A DNA stretch of 64,000 bases from an uncultured Chloroflexia bacterium (GTDB lineage: Bacteria > Chloroflexota > Limnocylindria > Limnocylindrales > CSP1-4), in the NCBI GenBank assembly GCA_963764785.1, contig CAVXTU010000001.1:930643-994642 (forward strand), in the 5' to 3' direction. Positions 55,155-64,000 of the stretch are shown piece after piece. The notes beneath the pieces are model-generated. The model worked only from the letters and a program-made list of their open reading frames with translations, was not told the origin of the DNA and did not search any database. Position 1 is the first letter of the stretch. Every line of letters starts with the position of its first letter. The translations under genes and the position numbers were made by a program.

Positions 55155-55679
55155 ATGATCAAGAAGCTCCTTGCCGGCGTCCTGCTGGCGACCCTGGCCG
55201 CCACCGCGGTTGCCCCAGTGGCCAGCGCCCACCACACCATGGGTAAGAACATCGTCGAGCGCGCCATCCAGGTCAACAACTACACCGGCGCTTTCGACAC
55301 ACTCCTCGCAGCCGCCCAGTGCGACTACTTCGGTACATCCGTGGTCGATGCACTGTCGCAACCCAGCACCACGCTCTTCGCTCCGACGGACCGGGCATTT
55401 CGAAAGCTTGGGCTGAACAAGAAGAATATCTGTTCAACCTACCAAGCTGACCAGGCTGCCCTGCTGGACATCCTGACCTACCACGTCCATGACGGTGCCG
55501 TCACCTACCGCGATGCCCGACGCGCCATCGGCACGTCCCTGACGATGCTCAACGGCGAGCCTGCCGCGATCACCGGTCGATGGTGGCGCGTCAAGATCGA
55601 CGGCGCCCGTATCGTCCTTCCGAACGTTCGTGCCAGCAACGGCTTCATCCACGTGGTCAACGACGTGTTGTTCCCCTAG
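55155..55679 (+). CDS. Secreted fasciclin (FAS1) domain protein
   Basis: Signal peptide; TLFAPTDRAF and NGFIHVVNDVL, the FAS1 H1/H2 motifs. Confidence 0.8.
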   Translation: MIKKLLAGVLLATLAATAVAPVASAHHTMGKNIVERAIQVNNYTGAFDTLLAAAQCDYFGTSVVDALSQPSTTLFAPTDRAFRKLGLNKKNICSTYQADQAALLDILTYHVHDGAVTYRDARRAIGTSLTMLNGEPAAITGRWWRVKIDGARIVLPNVRASNGFIHVVNDVLFP

Positions 55680-55700
55680 CTCATCACCCTCCCCCCTCTC

Positions 55701-55737
55701 CCGAGTCGGGCCGGTCCTTCGGGGCCGGCCCGACTCA
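55701..55737 (+). terminator. GC-rich stem-loop gagtcgggccggtccttcggggccggcccgactc downstream of the fasciclin gene
   Basis: Perfect 15-bp inverted repeat; no T-tract (common in high-GC genomes). Confidence 0.5.
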
Positions 55738-55862
55738 TTCGTGGGACCGCCGGTGGCACGACGTGCGGAGGCGTGGAGGTAGTGAGACGTGAGCAGTCGC
55801 ATCGGGCGGCCGAGCGGAGGCGCCAGAGCGGAGGCGCCAGAGCGTGGTTTGGTCGGGCTCGG

Positions 55863-56795
55863 TCAGCCTCGGGCTGTAGCGTCCCTCGATCGGTCACGCC
55901 GTGCCTCGAGACGCTTGGCAGAGGCGTCCATCTCCGAGAGGTGAGTCGCCAACTCCGAACGTGCCGCCTCGGCTGCGGGTGTCAGACCCTCGAGTTGGAA
56001 GATGCGCAGCTTGCGGACCAGTGGCATCACCACTTCATCGTGATGGATGCGCAAGTCGTAGATCCCGGCCATGGCCAACTGCGCCGCCTTGCGCCGGAAA
56101 TTGGCGATGCCGGCGCCAGGCATCTCGAAGGCCAGGATCTCGGCGACGGTGGCCTCGACCGTTGCCGACGGTAACGCCTGGGACGCCGCGATGAGGATGT
56201 CGCGATAGAACAGGGCGTGGAGGTTCTCGTCCGCCGAGATACGAGCCATGATGGCGTCTGCGACCGGGTCCTCTGAGTACCTCCCCGTGTTGCGATGGGC
56301 AGCTCGTGTCGCGACTTCCTGAAGCGCCACATACGCGAGCCCACGGAGCGGGTCCATCGTCGGCCGCTCGTAGCCCTGCTCGACCATGGTCATGCGCGAC
56401 TGCTCGAGCGCGGTGGGGTCCAGGTTTCGGGTCACCGTCAGGTAGTCACGTAACACGATCGCGTGGCGACCCTCCTCGGCGGTCCACCGACCGACCCAGT
56501 TGAGCCAGGCCCCGTCGCCATCGCCGAACATGCCGTAGATGAGCCGATGATACGAGGGCAGGTTGTCCTCGGTCAGGAGATTGACCTCGAATGCCGTGCG
56601 AGCGATACCGCCCAGGCGAGGTTGATCAGGTGTCCACGGTTCCTTGTCGAAATCGCGACCCTGACTGTACGGGACCATCTCGTGCGGAAACCACTCGACC
56701 GCGACCTTGAGGTGGCGCTCCAGCAGGCGGCCTGCCTCAGGCTCGAGGTCGATCAGTAATTGCCGCGCGTCGTACGGTCTGACCACCCGTTCGCC
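55863..56795 (-). CDS. Acyl-ACP desaturase (soluble di-iron, DesA1/DesA2-like); start approximate (track ORF extends upstream in-frame)
   Basis: LLTEDNLPSYHRLIYGMFG, WTAEEGRHAIVLRDYL, ISADENLHALFYRDI (di-iron EXXH motifs). Confidence 0.75.
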   Translation of the reverse strand, partial: GERVVRPYDARQLLIDLEPEAGRLLERHLKVAVEWFPHEMVPYSQGRDFDKEPWTPDQPRLGGIARTAFEVNLLTEDNLPSYHRLIYGMFGDGDGAWLNWVGRWTAEEGRHAIVLRDYLTVTRNLDPTALEQSRMTMVEQGYERPTMDPLRGLAYVALQEVATRAAHRNTGRYSEDPVADAIMARISADENLHALFYRDILIAASQALPSATVEATVAEILAFEMPGAGIANFRRKAAQLAMAGIYDLRIHHDEVVMPLVRKLRIFQLEGLTPAAEAARSELATHLSEMDASAKRLEARRDRSRDATARG

Positions 56796-56871
56796 TTGTG
56801 GAGGCGGCAACAGTTCGTCGGCTGTGATCGACTGGTCGTGCTCGGGACGACGGGTTTGTGTCAAGACGCCA

Positions 56872-58227
56872 TCAAGGATAGCGGGCCTGCATGGATGCGT
56901 GAGCCACCATCGCTTCCAGGTTCGCGGCCTCACCGAGGCCGGCCATGGCCGCGTACGCCAGTTCCGGCCCGGGCTGGCGTCGGAGCCGCTCACCGATCCG
57001 GGCTGGTGCCGGAGGCACGCAGCGCAACAGGCCTCGCACCGTACCAGCGACCAAAGCTCGTGAAGCCGTGTTGGGATCGAGCGCCAGGCCGACCAGATTG
57101 CGCTCCACAGCGGCAGCGCCATCGAACTGGTCAGTCGAGAATGGCATCGCGAGGATGGGGACTCCGAAGGTCAGCGCCTCGGTGACGCTGTTGTTTCCGC
57201 CGTGCGTGATGAGCAACGCTGCCTTCTTGAGCAAGGCAACCTGCGGCAGCGACGGGCGCACCAACCAGTCGCGGGGCAGCTCGCCGAGCTCGGCCGGATC
57301 GCTAGCTCCGATCGCCATCGCGACGCGGACGTCGATCCGACGCAATGCCACGGCGACCTTGGCCAGCACGTCCGTGCGGGCAGACAAGAACGTCCCGAAC
57401 GAGACGACCACGATCGGGCGGTCGTCATCACGGGCCAGCCACTCCGCGGCTGCGGCGTCGGGAACGTCCGTCCGCACGGCGCTCCCGACGAACGCATGCC
57501 GGGGGAGGCGCACCGTACGACCGGGATCATGGAGCTCTGCGGGATAGTTGTAGATGACGATGTCGCCGTGGGCCTTGAACGCATCCGGGACGGGCTCGTG
57601 TCCCGGACTGATGGTGTGCAGGGCCTCGGTGTAGGCGAAGCTGAATGCCTGGGTCACGCCGCGAGCCGTGGCTCGAAGCGATTCCATCTCCACTTGTTGG
57701 GGCGTGAATGCTGGAGGCCACGCCGACGGAACGCCGTAGATCTCGGGATCGACTGGCAGCGCCGTGGGATGGCCCAGAACGACATCGCCGTAGGGGACGT
57801 CGAGCGCCCGCAGGCCGATCGTCGCTCCGAATGCCAGGTGGTCGGTGAGGATGGCATCCGGAGCGTATGACTCCACGATGCGCATGGTCCGAAGGGCTAC
57901 CTGCCGGGGGTGCCACAGCAGGTCGACCGCGCGCGCCTCTGCCTGGAATCGAAGCGTTCCCACCATCCCGGTGCCAGTCGCTGCATAGAAGGCTTCCAGC
58001 GAGCGCATCTCCTCGCGCGGGGCGCCACCCTTCCGGATGATCCCGTCGTTCGAACCCCGCGACATGATGAGTTCGGCGTGCTCCATCCCGGCCGCGCGAA
58101 CCAGGGGGGCCATCGCCGGTCCGGTCGCGACGATGACGCGGTGGCCGCGGCGCTCCCAGGCGCCGGCAAGCGCCAGCAGGGGCATGGCGTGTGAGGCGTA
58201 GTCAGGACTGATGACCAGCAGCGTCAC
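56872..58227 (-). CDS. GT1-family (UDP-glycosyltransferase/MGT-like) glycosyltransferase; GTG start overlapping the upstream GT4 stop (GTGA)
   Basis: VTLLVISPDYASHAMPLLALAGAWERRGHRVIV N-term and C-terminal LITHGGNNSVTEALTFGVPILAMPFSTDQ (UDPGT signature-like). Confidence 0.7.
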   Translation of the reverse strand: MTLLVISPDYASHAMPLLALAGAWERRGHRVIVATGPAMAPLVRAAGMEHAELIMSRGSNDGIIRKGGAPREEMRSLEAFYAATGTGMVGTLRFQAEARAVDLLWHPRQVALRTMRIVESYAPDAILTDHLAFGATIGLRALDVPYGDVVLGHPTALPVDPEIYGVPSAWPPAFTPQQVEMESLRATARGVTQAFSFAYTEALHTISPGHEPVPDAFKAHGDIVIYNYPAELHDPGRTVRLPRHAFVGSAVRTDVPDAAAAEWLARDDDRPIVVVSFGTFLSARTDVLAKVAVALRRIDVRVAMAIGASDPAELGELPRDWLVRPSLPQVALLKKAALLITHGGNNSVTEALTFGVPILAMPFSTDQFDGAAAVERNLVGLALDPNTASRALVAGTVRGLLRCVPPAPARIGERLRRQPGPELAYAAMAGLGEAANLEAMVAHASMQARYP

Positions 58228-60461
58228 GCCGCGGCCTCGTTTTCGACGGCGAGCGACAACGCGCCTGCCCCCGCCGCGACCCGGTAGATGGCGCCCAGCG
58301 TCCGGGCCATGCGTTCCAGTGTGTATCGCTCCTCGACGGCTGCTCGGGTGCGCGACGCGGTCCTTCGATCGGTAGACAGTCGCAAGACACGTCGCATGCC
58401 CCTGGCGAGATCCGCGACCACCGTCGTATCGACCAGGACGCCGGTGATCCCGTCCTCGACGTAGCTGGCGGGACCACCTGAATCCGGAGCCAGCACGGGC
58501 AGGCCGGCCGCCATGGCTTCCACGATGGCCAGCCCGAATTCCTCCTTGCGGCTGCCGCATACATAGGCGCCGTTGGGTCCGATCTGGCTGCCCCATCCCC
58601 CTCGCGCAGCCGCGAGCACGAGCGCGACCTCGTCATTGGGCCGATGGCCGAGCAGGATGCAGCGGTCACGCACAACGGGATCACGGCCAAGGATCGCCTC
58701 GATCCGTGCGAGCTCGGCCGCTTCCGCCGGACTAGGGTCCTCGAGGTCTCCTCCGATGATCACGAGATTCGCTGATTCGGTCAGCTCGGAATCGAAGGCG
58801 AACGCTTCGACGACTCGCGCCATGCCCTTGATCTCGTGCAATCTCCCTACGCTGACCAGCAGTGGCAGACCGCGGCGATGCGAAGGAAGTGCCGCCACGG
58901 CAGACGCGAGCGATGGCAGGATGGCCGATCTCTCGCTCGATCCGATGCGGCTCGCTGCGACATCGGCTGCCCTCGTGTCCACGCCTTCCGGGACGACCGT
59001 GTACCGCGGCAGGCCCGCAGCGATGTCGATACCGACGAGATGTCGCAGGCGATCACGCATGCCGGGTCGTGGGAAGAGCACGACCTCCTGGGCTCCGGAT
59101 GACAGTCGGTCGACAAGGTCGACCCGGAACGACCACGCGGCGCGCGCGTCCTCGCCCGCGAACGACCGACGATCGAGTTCGCTACGGCGCTCGGCATCGT
59201 CGATGAGCGCGTGCGGGTCCGGGGCCAGAGTGAACACCGTCGGGATACCCAGCTCACGGGCGACGAGTGCGCCGGCCAGACTGCCGGGATCGGCCATGCG
59301 GAGATGGACGACGTCGGGTGCGCCGGTCGCCAGCAGTGCCGACCGGATGCCACGCTGCGCGGCGACCAGCGATGGCCAGGCGGACGTGAAGCTTGTCCCC
59401 TCGCCCTCGACCAGTGAGATGTGCTCGAACCGGTGCCCGCCCCGGATCTTGGTCGTGCTGCCCGCCTCGCCCCGCATGGCGCGACCGAGGGTTATCACCT
59501 CGGCGATCCTGGGTTGGTTCGAGAGGGTCGACCCAAGGCGCGACAGCAGTGTGGCGACGCCTCCGGTATCGCCCATCCCGGCCCGTGACATCTGTTCGTC
59601 GATCACCGCCCCAAGGTGGATCTGTGCGACCCGCAGACCAATCGAACGGTGGTGACTTGAGCGGGGCCCGCGGCGAGCCAATCGTCGCTGGGCACGCACT
59701 GCCTGGACAGCGTCGCCGACCCGGCCGCCATCACGCGAGAGTCCTCCGATGGATGGCGGCAGTCGCTCCGGGATCCGGTCAGCGAAGGCGGCGATGGCTG
59801 CGAGCCTCACGGTCTCATGCTCTTTGACGTCTCCTGCCGTCCGCTCCAGCACTCGACGCGCCTCGCGACCCGGCACCAGCCCGACCGTCTCGATGAGGTG
59901 TCGACGTGATCCCTCGTTCGAGGACCCGGCGAGCACCGCATGGATGGACGACAGCACGGCCTGCGGCTCATCCCTGGCCCAATGTGCCAGCGCCTGCTGG
60001 GCATGCATGCCGATGGTGCCGCCCCGCCTTATCGCCTGGGTCATCGTCGCGATGAGGTCCGTTCCGGCGGTTCGCCCCAGCGACGCCCAGGCCGCATGAG
60101 CGTCGTAGCCCGGTCTTCCACCCAGGACCAGGTCCACCAGCATGGCGTCGGCTCGTGATCCCGGGATGCGCCCCAGCGCGTGGATGGCGGCGAGCCCTAC
60201 GACTCCGTCGCTGTCATCGGCCACGGCCTCTCGGATCGGATCGAGCAGATCGATGGAGTTGGCGCCCGCACGAACGGCATCCTCTACGACCGCCACGAGG
60301 TCCGGCCGCAGACGCATCGCCGCGAGGATGGACGGAGTGCGCCGGATGCGCTCCAGCGCGGACGCCACCTGCAAGGCAGGTCTACCGGGACGCCCGAGCC
60401 ATTCCAGCCCAGTCTCGGCTTCCCATACGAGGTCTGGGGGTGCGAGAGTCTCGAGCGTCAT
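58224..60461 (-). CDS. HEAT-repeat-like N-terminal domain fused to GT4-family glycosyltransferase
   Basis: C-terminal EEFGLAIVEAMAAGLPVLAPDSGGPASYVEDGITGVLVD (GT4 EX7E motif); the N-terminal ~300 aa are helical-repeat-like. Confidence 0.65.
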   Translation of the reverse strand: MTLETLAPPDLVWEAETGLEWLGRPGRPALQVASALERIRRTPSILAAMRLRPDLVAVVEDAVRAGANSIDLLDPIREAVADDSDGVVGLAAIHALGRIPGSRADAMLVDLVLGGRPGYDAHAAWASLGRTAGTDLIATMTQAIRRGGTIGMHAQQALAHWARDEPQAVLSSIHAVLAGSSNEGSRRHLIETVGLVPGREARRVLERTAGDVKEHETVRLAAIAAFADRIPERLPPSIGGLSRDGGRVGDAVQAVRAQRRLARRGPRSSHHRSIGLRVAQIHLGAVIDEQMSRAGMGDTGGVATLLSRLGSTLSNQPRIAEVITLGRAMRGEAGSTTKIRGGHRFEHISLVEGEGTSFTSAWPSLVAAQRGIRSALLATGAPDVVHLRMADPGSLAGALVARELGIPTVFTLAPDPHALIDDAERRSELDRRSFAGEDARAAWSFRVDLVDRLSSGAQEVVLFPRPGMRDRLRHLVGIDIAAGLPRYTVVPEGVDTRAADVAASRIGSSERSAILPSLASAVAALPSHRRGLPLLVSVGRLHEIKGMARVVEAFAFDSELTESANLVIIGGDLEDPSPAEAAELARIEAILGRDPVVRDRCILLGHRPNDEVALVLAAARGGWGSQIGPNGAYVCGSRKEEFGLAIVEAMAAGLPVLAPDSGGPASYVEDGITGVLVDTTVVADLARGMRRVLRLSTDRRTASRTRAAVEERYTLERMARTLGAIYRVAAGAGALSLAVENEAAA

Positions 60462-60482
60462 CAGCTGCGCCAGGGTCCGCCG

Positions 60483-61923
60483 TCAGGCAGCCGAACCGAC
60501 TCCGTCCTCGACATGATCGGCGATGGTCACAGCGGAACGCCCGGGGCCAAGATAGGTACCCAAACCGACGTCAAGACGCGTCAGCACACGCGGCATCGCC
60601 TTGAGCAACGGCGCCACGTCGACGGTGGCGGGCTGGTTGATGAAGTCGACTGCGCCAGGGCTCAAGGGCGGGTTGGGCAGGAAGCGCATGGGCCAGGCTG
60701 CCACCTTGATGAGCGGCGCTGGACCCGGCAGCAGCGGCTTCTGAAGTCCGGCGATGGCCATGGCCCGATGGAGGACCTCACGCATCGAGAGCGTCTCGGG
60801 GCCGCCAACCTCGAAGACCTGATCGGCCGCGGCGTCCTGCTCGAGCGAATTGGCCGCCAGCTTGGCCACATCGGCGACGAATACGGGCGCCAGCTCCTGG
60901 TTGCCGAAGTTGGTCATGGGCACCACCGGGAGCACCCGAGCGAAGCCCAGGAAACGATTCAGTGAGACGTCGCCGGGACCGTAGATCCAAGTCGGACGAA
61001 GGATGGTCCAGGTCATGCCTGAAGCGCGGACGGCGTCCTCGGCCGCGGCCTTGGCGCGGAACCAATGGCGCTCGGCATCGTGGGCAGCGCCAGCGCCAGA
61101 CACGTACACGACTCGGCCTACCCCGGCGCGTTTGGCCGCGCCGACGAGACGCGCGGCACCAACGGCATCGACCTCCGCGAAGGTGTAGCCCTTGCCTGGC
61201 TGCTCGATCGGCAGGCCCGGGAAGGCCAGCGACACGACGAGCTCGTCGACGTCCTGCCAACGCCCCTTCGAGCGTCCCTTCCTGGCGCACGTCAGCGATG
61301 CGGATCTCGATGTCGTCGGGGAGCTGGCCGCGAGCGGCCTCGCCGCGGGATGACAGGACGATGACGTGCCTGCCGCGGCGTCGCAGTTCGCGTGCGATCT
61401 CGGAGCCCACGAAGCCGGTCCCGCCAGCGACGGCGATGGTGCCGGGAGTCGCATGCTCGGGATCGCCCGGAGCTTCGAAGATCTCATCGATAGCGGTCGA
61501 GCGGAAGTCGAAGACATGCTCGAGCTGGTTGTGGATGGCCATCCGATGCCCCAGTGAGCCGATGGGGCCGAACGGCATCTCGTAGTCCACGCGATCGTCC
61601 ATCCGAACGCCGCCATCGACCTCCGTGAAGCGGTGCTCGTGCTCCCATGACTTGTAGGGGCCGTGGAGCTGGATATCGCGGAACAGCGTTGGCTCCTCGA
61701 CATCGTCGATGCGAGTCTGCCATCGAGTGGGGATCCCGAAGAGCGGGCGCACGGTGTAGTCGATGACCGCACCGCTTTCGGTCCTGGGGTCGACCGTATG
61801 GATCTCGAAGCTCATGGACCGAGGAGTGATGCGTCCCAGGTTGCTGGCGCTCGAGAAGAAGCGCCACACTTCCCCGATCTTGGCCGGTACGAACTGGGAG
61901 CTGCGGAGTGTGTGCTTGGTCAT
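60483..61923 (-). pseudogene. SRPBCC (START-like) domain fused to TIGR01777-like NAD-binding epimerase/DUF1731; apparent frameshift near 61240-61290
   Basis: Frame A (60778..61923) carries the SRPBCC N-term and Rossmann AVAGGTGFVGSEIARELRRRGRHVIVLSSR, then degenerates after LEGALAG. Frame B (60483..) continues with GRWQDVDELVVSLAFPGLPIEQPGKGYTFAEVDAVGAARLVGAAKRAGVGRVVYVSG... Confidence 0.5.
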
Positions 61924-61937
61924 TGGCCTGCCTTAGA

Positions 61938-62032
61938 TGTACAAGGTTTGTACATCCCAAAGATAGGCGTACCCGGCGGTCTTGTCAAGCGTTGTACAAT
62001 GTTTGCTCAAGGCATCGAGCGGACCATGTACA
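61938..62032. promoter_or_regulatory. TGTACA direct repeats (aTGTACAaggttTGTACAtcc at 11-bp register, plus two more TGTACA) in the divergent promoter between the photolyase and the glycosyltransferase/desaturase operon
   Basis: TGTACA at 61938, 61949, 61993 and 62027; these resemble LitR/CarH operators. Confidence 0.5.
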
Positions 62033-62043
62033 GGCGAGGAGCA

Positions 62044-63453
62044 ATGCCGGCGATGAGCTGGAATACCGTCGTGGTGTGGTTCCGGCGTGACCTGCGGCTC
62101 GCTGATCACCCGGCTCTCAGCGATGCAGTGGCCCACGCCGAGGCCATCGTCCCTCTGTTCGTGCTCGATGAGCGCCTGATCCAGCGATCGCCCGTGCGTG
62201 CCTGGTTACTGGCACGCGCACTTGAGGCGCTCGACGACGCCCTCGCATCGCGCGGCTCGGGTCTGGTGGTTCGATATGGTGACCCCGAGGTGGTCGTCGC
62301 CGAAGTTGCGCGTGAAGTCGGTGCTTCGGCGGTCCTGGCCAGCCGTGACGTCACACCGTTCAGCTACCGGCGCGATCGCCTGGTAGCGAGTGCGCTCCAG
62401 CGCGATGGTCGTGATCTACACCTGCGCCCCGGGCTGCTGCTTGTCGAGCCGGAAGAGATGATGAGCGTCTCGGGAAAGCCATACGCTGTCTTCACGCCAT
62501 TCTGGCGAGCCCTGAGTTCAGTGCCGCGCCGGGAGCAACTTCCCGCGCCAGGGAGCGTCCCGCCTCCGGGCGCCGGGCTGCCTGCGACTCTGACGCCACC
62601 ATTCCTCCCCGAGAGTCCACCGCCAGCGCATGGGCTGCCTGACGCCCGCGAGGCTGCTGCCCAGGATCGTCTCAGGCAGTGGGTCACTGAGGGTCTGGAG
62701 CGGTATGGCGACCGTCGAGACGACCTGGGCGGGGAGTCCACGTCCCACCTGGGAAGCGACCTGCACCTTGGACTGCTGTCGCCCATCCAGGTCGAGGGCG
62801 CTGCGCTCGAGAGGGACGGCGAAGCGACGCCGTTCGTGCGACAGCTCGCCTGGAGGGAGTTCTACCACCACGGGCTCTTCCACCGGCGCACTGAACCGAA
62901 ACGGTTCGCTCACAGTCCGTACATGTCCGCGTTCCGCTCCGAGTCTGACGATCCAGACGCGGTCGCCGCGTGGCGGGCGGGCCGTACCGGCGTCCCCGTC
63001 GTGGACGCTGGCATGCGGCAGCTGGCGGCCACGGGCTGGCTCAGCAATCGGGCACGCCTCGTGGTGGCCTCGTTCCTGACTCGACACTTGTTGATGGACT
63101 ACCGCATCGGGGAGGTCCACTTCCTGCGCCATCTCATCGACGGCGATGTCGCCAACAACCTGGGTGGCTGGCAATGGACCGCCGGCGTCGGAGCTGACGC
63201 GCAGCCATGGTTTCGCATCTTCAATCCGGTGCTGCAGGGTCGCCGCTTCGACGCCGAAGGCGATTGGATCCGGAAGTGGGTTCCCGAGCTGGCCCTGGTG
63301 CCATCGCTCTACATCCACGCCCCGTGGGAGATGCCCGGCGAGGTCGCGGTGGAGTCCGGCGTCCGCCTGGGCTCGACCTACCCAAGCCCCATCGTGGGAC
63401 TTGTGGAGGGGCGTGAGCGAGCCCTTGCTGCCTTCCGCTCGATCAGGTCCTGA
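62044..63453 (+). CDS. phr: Deoxyribodipyrimidine photolyase (CPD photolyase/cryptochrome family)
   Basis: MPAMSWNTVVVWFRRDLRLADHPAL; the FAD-binding C-term WLSNRARLVVASFLTRHLLMDYRIGEVHFLRHLIDGDVANNLGGWQWTAG. Confidence 0.85.
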   Translation: MPAMSWNTVVVWFRRDLRLADHPALSDAVAHAEAIVPLFVLDERLIQRSPVRAWLLARALEALDDALASRGSGLVVRYGDPEVVVAEVAREVGASAVLASRDVTPFSYRRDRLVASALQRDGRDLHLRPGLLLVEPEEMMSVSGKPYAVFTPFWRALSSVPRREQLPAPGSVPPPGAGLPATLTPPFLPESPPPAHGLPDAREAAAQDRLRQWVTEGLERYGDRRDDLGGESTSHLGSDLHLGLLSPIQVEGAALERDGEATPFVRQLAWREFYHHGLFHRRTEPKRFAHSPYMSAFRSESDDPDAVAAWRAGRTGVPVVDAGMRQLAATGWLSNRARLVVASFLTRHLLMDYRIGEVHFLRHLIDGDVANNLGGWQWTAGVGADAQPWFRIFNPVLQGRRFDAEGDWIRKWVPELALVPSLYIHAPWEMPGEVAVESGVRLGSTYPSPIVGLVEGRERALAAFRSIRS

Positions 63454-63919
63454 CCTCGGCCGCGGCATGCCGCTCGGCACGCCGCACCAGTTCGCGGATC
63501 GATCCCCGAAAGATGAAGGCATGTACCGGGAGCAGGAGGTACCAATACGCGATGCCACTGAGGCCCTTGGGTTCGAAGAACGCCGTCTGTGCCACGTAGC
63601 TGCCGTCCGTCCCGTCGCTGACCTCGTATTGGAGCCAGGCACGACCAGGGACCTTCATCTCCGCGCGCAGGCGCAACAGGCGTGGGCGGTCCACCGCCTC
63701 GACACGCCAGAAATCGACGGCGTCACCGACCCGAACATGACTGGGGTCTCGCCGCCCCAATCGCATCCCCGGCCCGCCCACACCTCGGTCGAACAGGCCG
63801 CGCATGGACCACAACAGGTTGGCGAACGGCCAGCCCTCGGTGCCTCCGAGTCGCTCGATCTCGGCGAAGGTCGTCGCGGCAGGGGCGTGCACATGGCGAC
63901 GCTTGCGATCGACGATCAT
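63443..63919 (-). CDS. Hypothetical protein (DUF, possibly SRPBCC-like)
   Basis: ORF with coding-like composition; overlaps the phr stop by 11 nt. Confidence 0.3.
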   Translation of the reverse strand: MIVDRKRRHVHAPAATTFAEIERLGGTEGWPFANLLWSMRGLFDRGVGGPGMRLGRRDPSHVRVGDAVDFWRVEAVDRPRLLRLRAEMKVPGRAWLQYEVSDGTDGSYVAQTAFFEPKGLSGIAYWYLLLPVHAFIFRGSIRELVRRAERHAAAEVRT

Positions 63920-64000
63920 GCCTTCCCGCGAGTCGTCAAGGGCGAGGTCAGGTCGGCCAGGGACACCGAGTGAATCGAACCAGGTAGTCTCGATCTCGGG

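Overview
Gene-dense, high-GC (~65-70%) bacterial chromosomal window. The gene content (Tad pilus, dodecin, LitR/CarH, SARP-type regulator) looks actinobacterium-like, but I cannot determine taxonomy from sequence alone. No rRNA, convincing tRNA or CRISPR array was seen. Gene content, in order, is as follows. (1) A partial Tad/Flp pilus locus: tadB fragment, cpaF ATPase, REC-fused CpaE/TadZ, and a 54-aa Flp pilin with a GTG start that the ORF track missed. (2) A PAPS-type sulfotransferase. (3) A translationally coupled response regulator / coiled-coil / degenerate HisKA_3 kinase triplet. (4) Two tandem GT-C (PMT/ArnT-like) glycosyltransferases, a Ppm/GtrB-like GT2, a PIG-L deacetylase, pcm, a PT-repeat membrane protein, an MFS fusion and an HD-GYP phosphodiesterase. 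(5) A lower-GC segment carrying a 1142-aa STAND ATPase with C-terminal SARP (wHTH+BTAD), followed by dodecin. (6) dnaB, lexA with a GAAC-N4-GTTC box, rplI and dinB. (7) A folate/C1 block: cyclodeaminase, folD, fhs, a separate ftcD-N formiminotransferase. (8) An NMT1/Ssu-like ABC importer. (9) A giant 3222-aa single-pass membrane protein with roughly 38-40 PASTA domains, of which 22 are nucleotide-identical 204-bp tandem repeats plus 3.6 copies of a 402-bp double-PASTA unit. Its C-terminal domain is paralogous to the adjacent HEXXH-containing secreted protein. (10) argS, an MBL hydrolase, a MerR+B12-binding LitR/CarH-type regulator, and a photolyase. Both of these sit next to promoter regions carrying TGTACA direct repeats at 11-bp spacing. 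(11) A triplicated DUF4397 gene block in which two copies carry 1-nt indels. (12) A fasciclin protein, and a desaturase-GT1-GT4(HEAT)-SRPBCC/epimerase operon divergent from the photolyase. Several apparent frameshifts (GNAT, TIGR01777-like, DUF4397 copies) could be sequencing errors or real pseudogenes.
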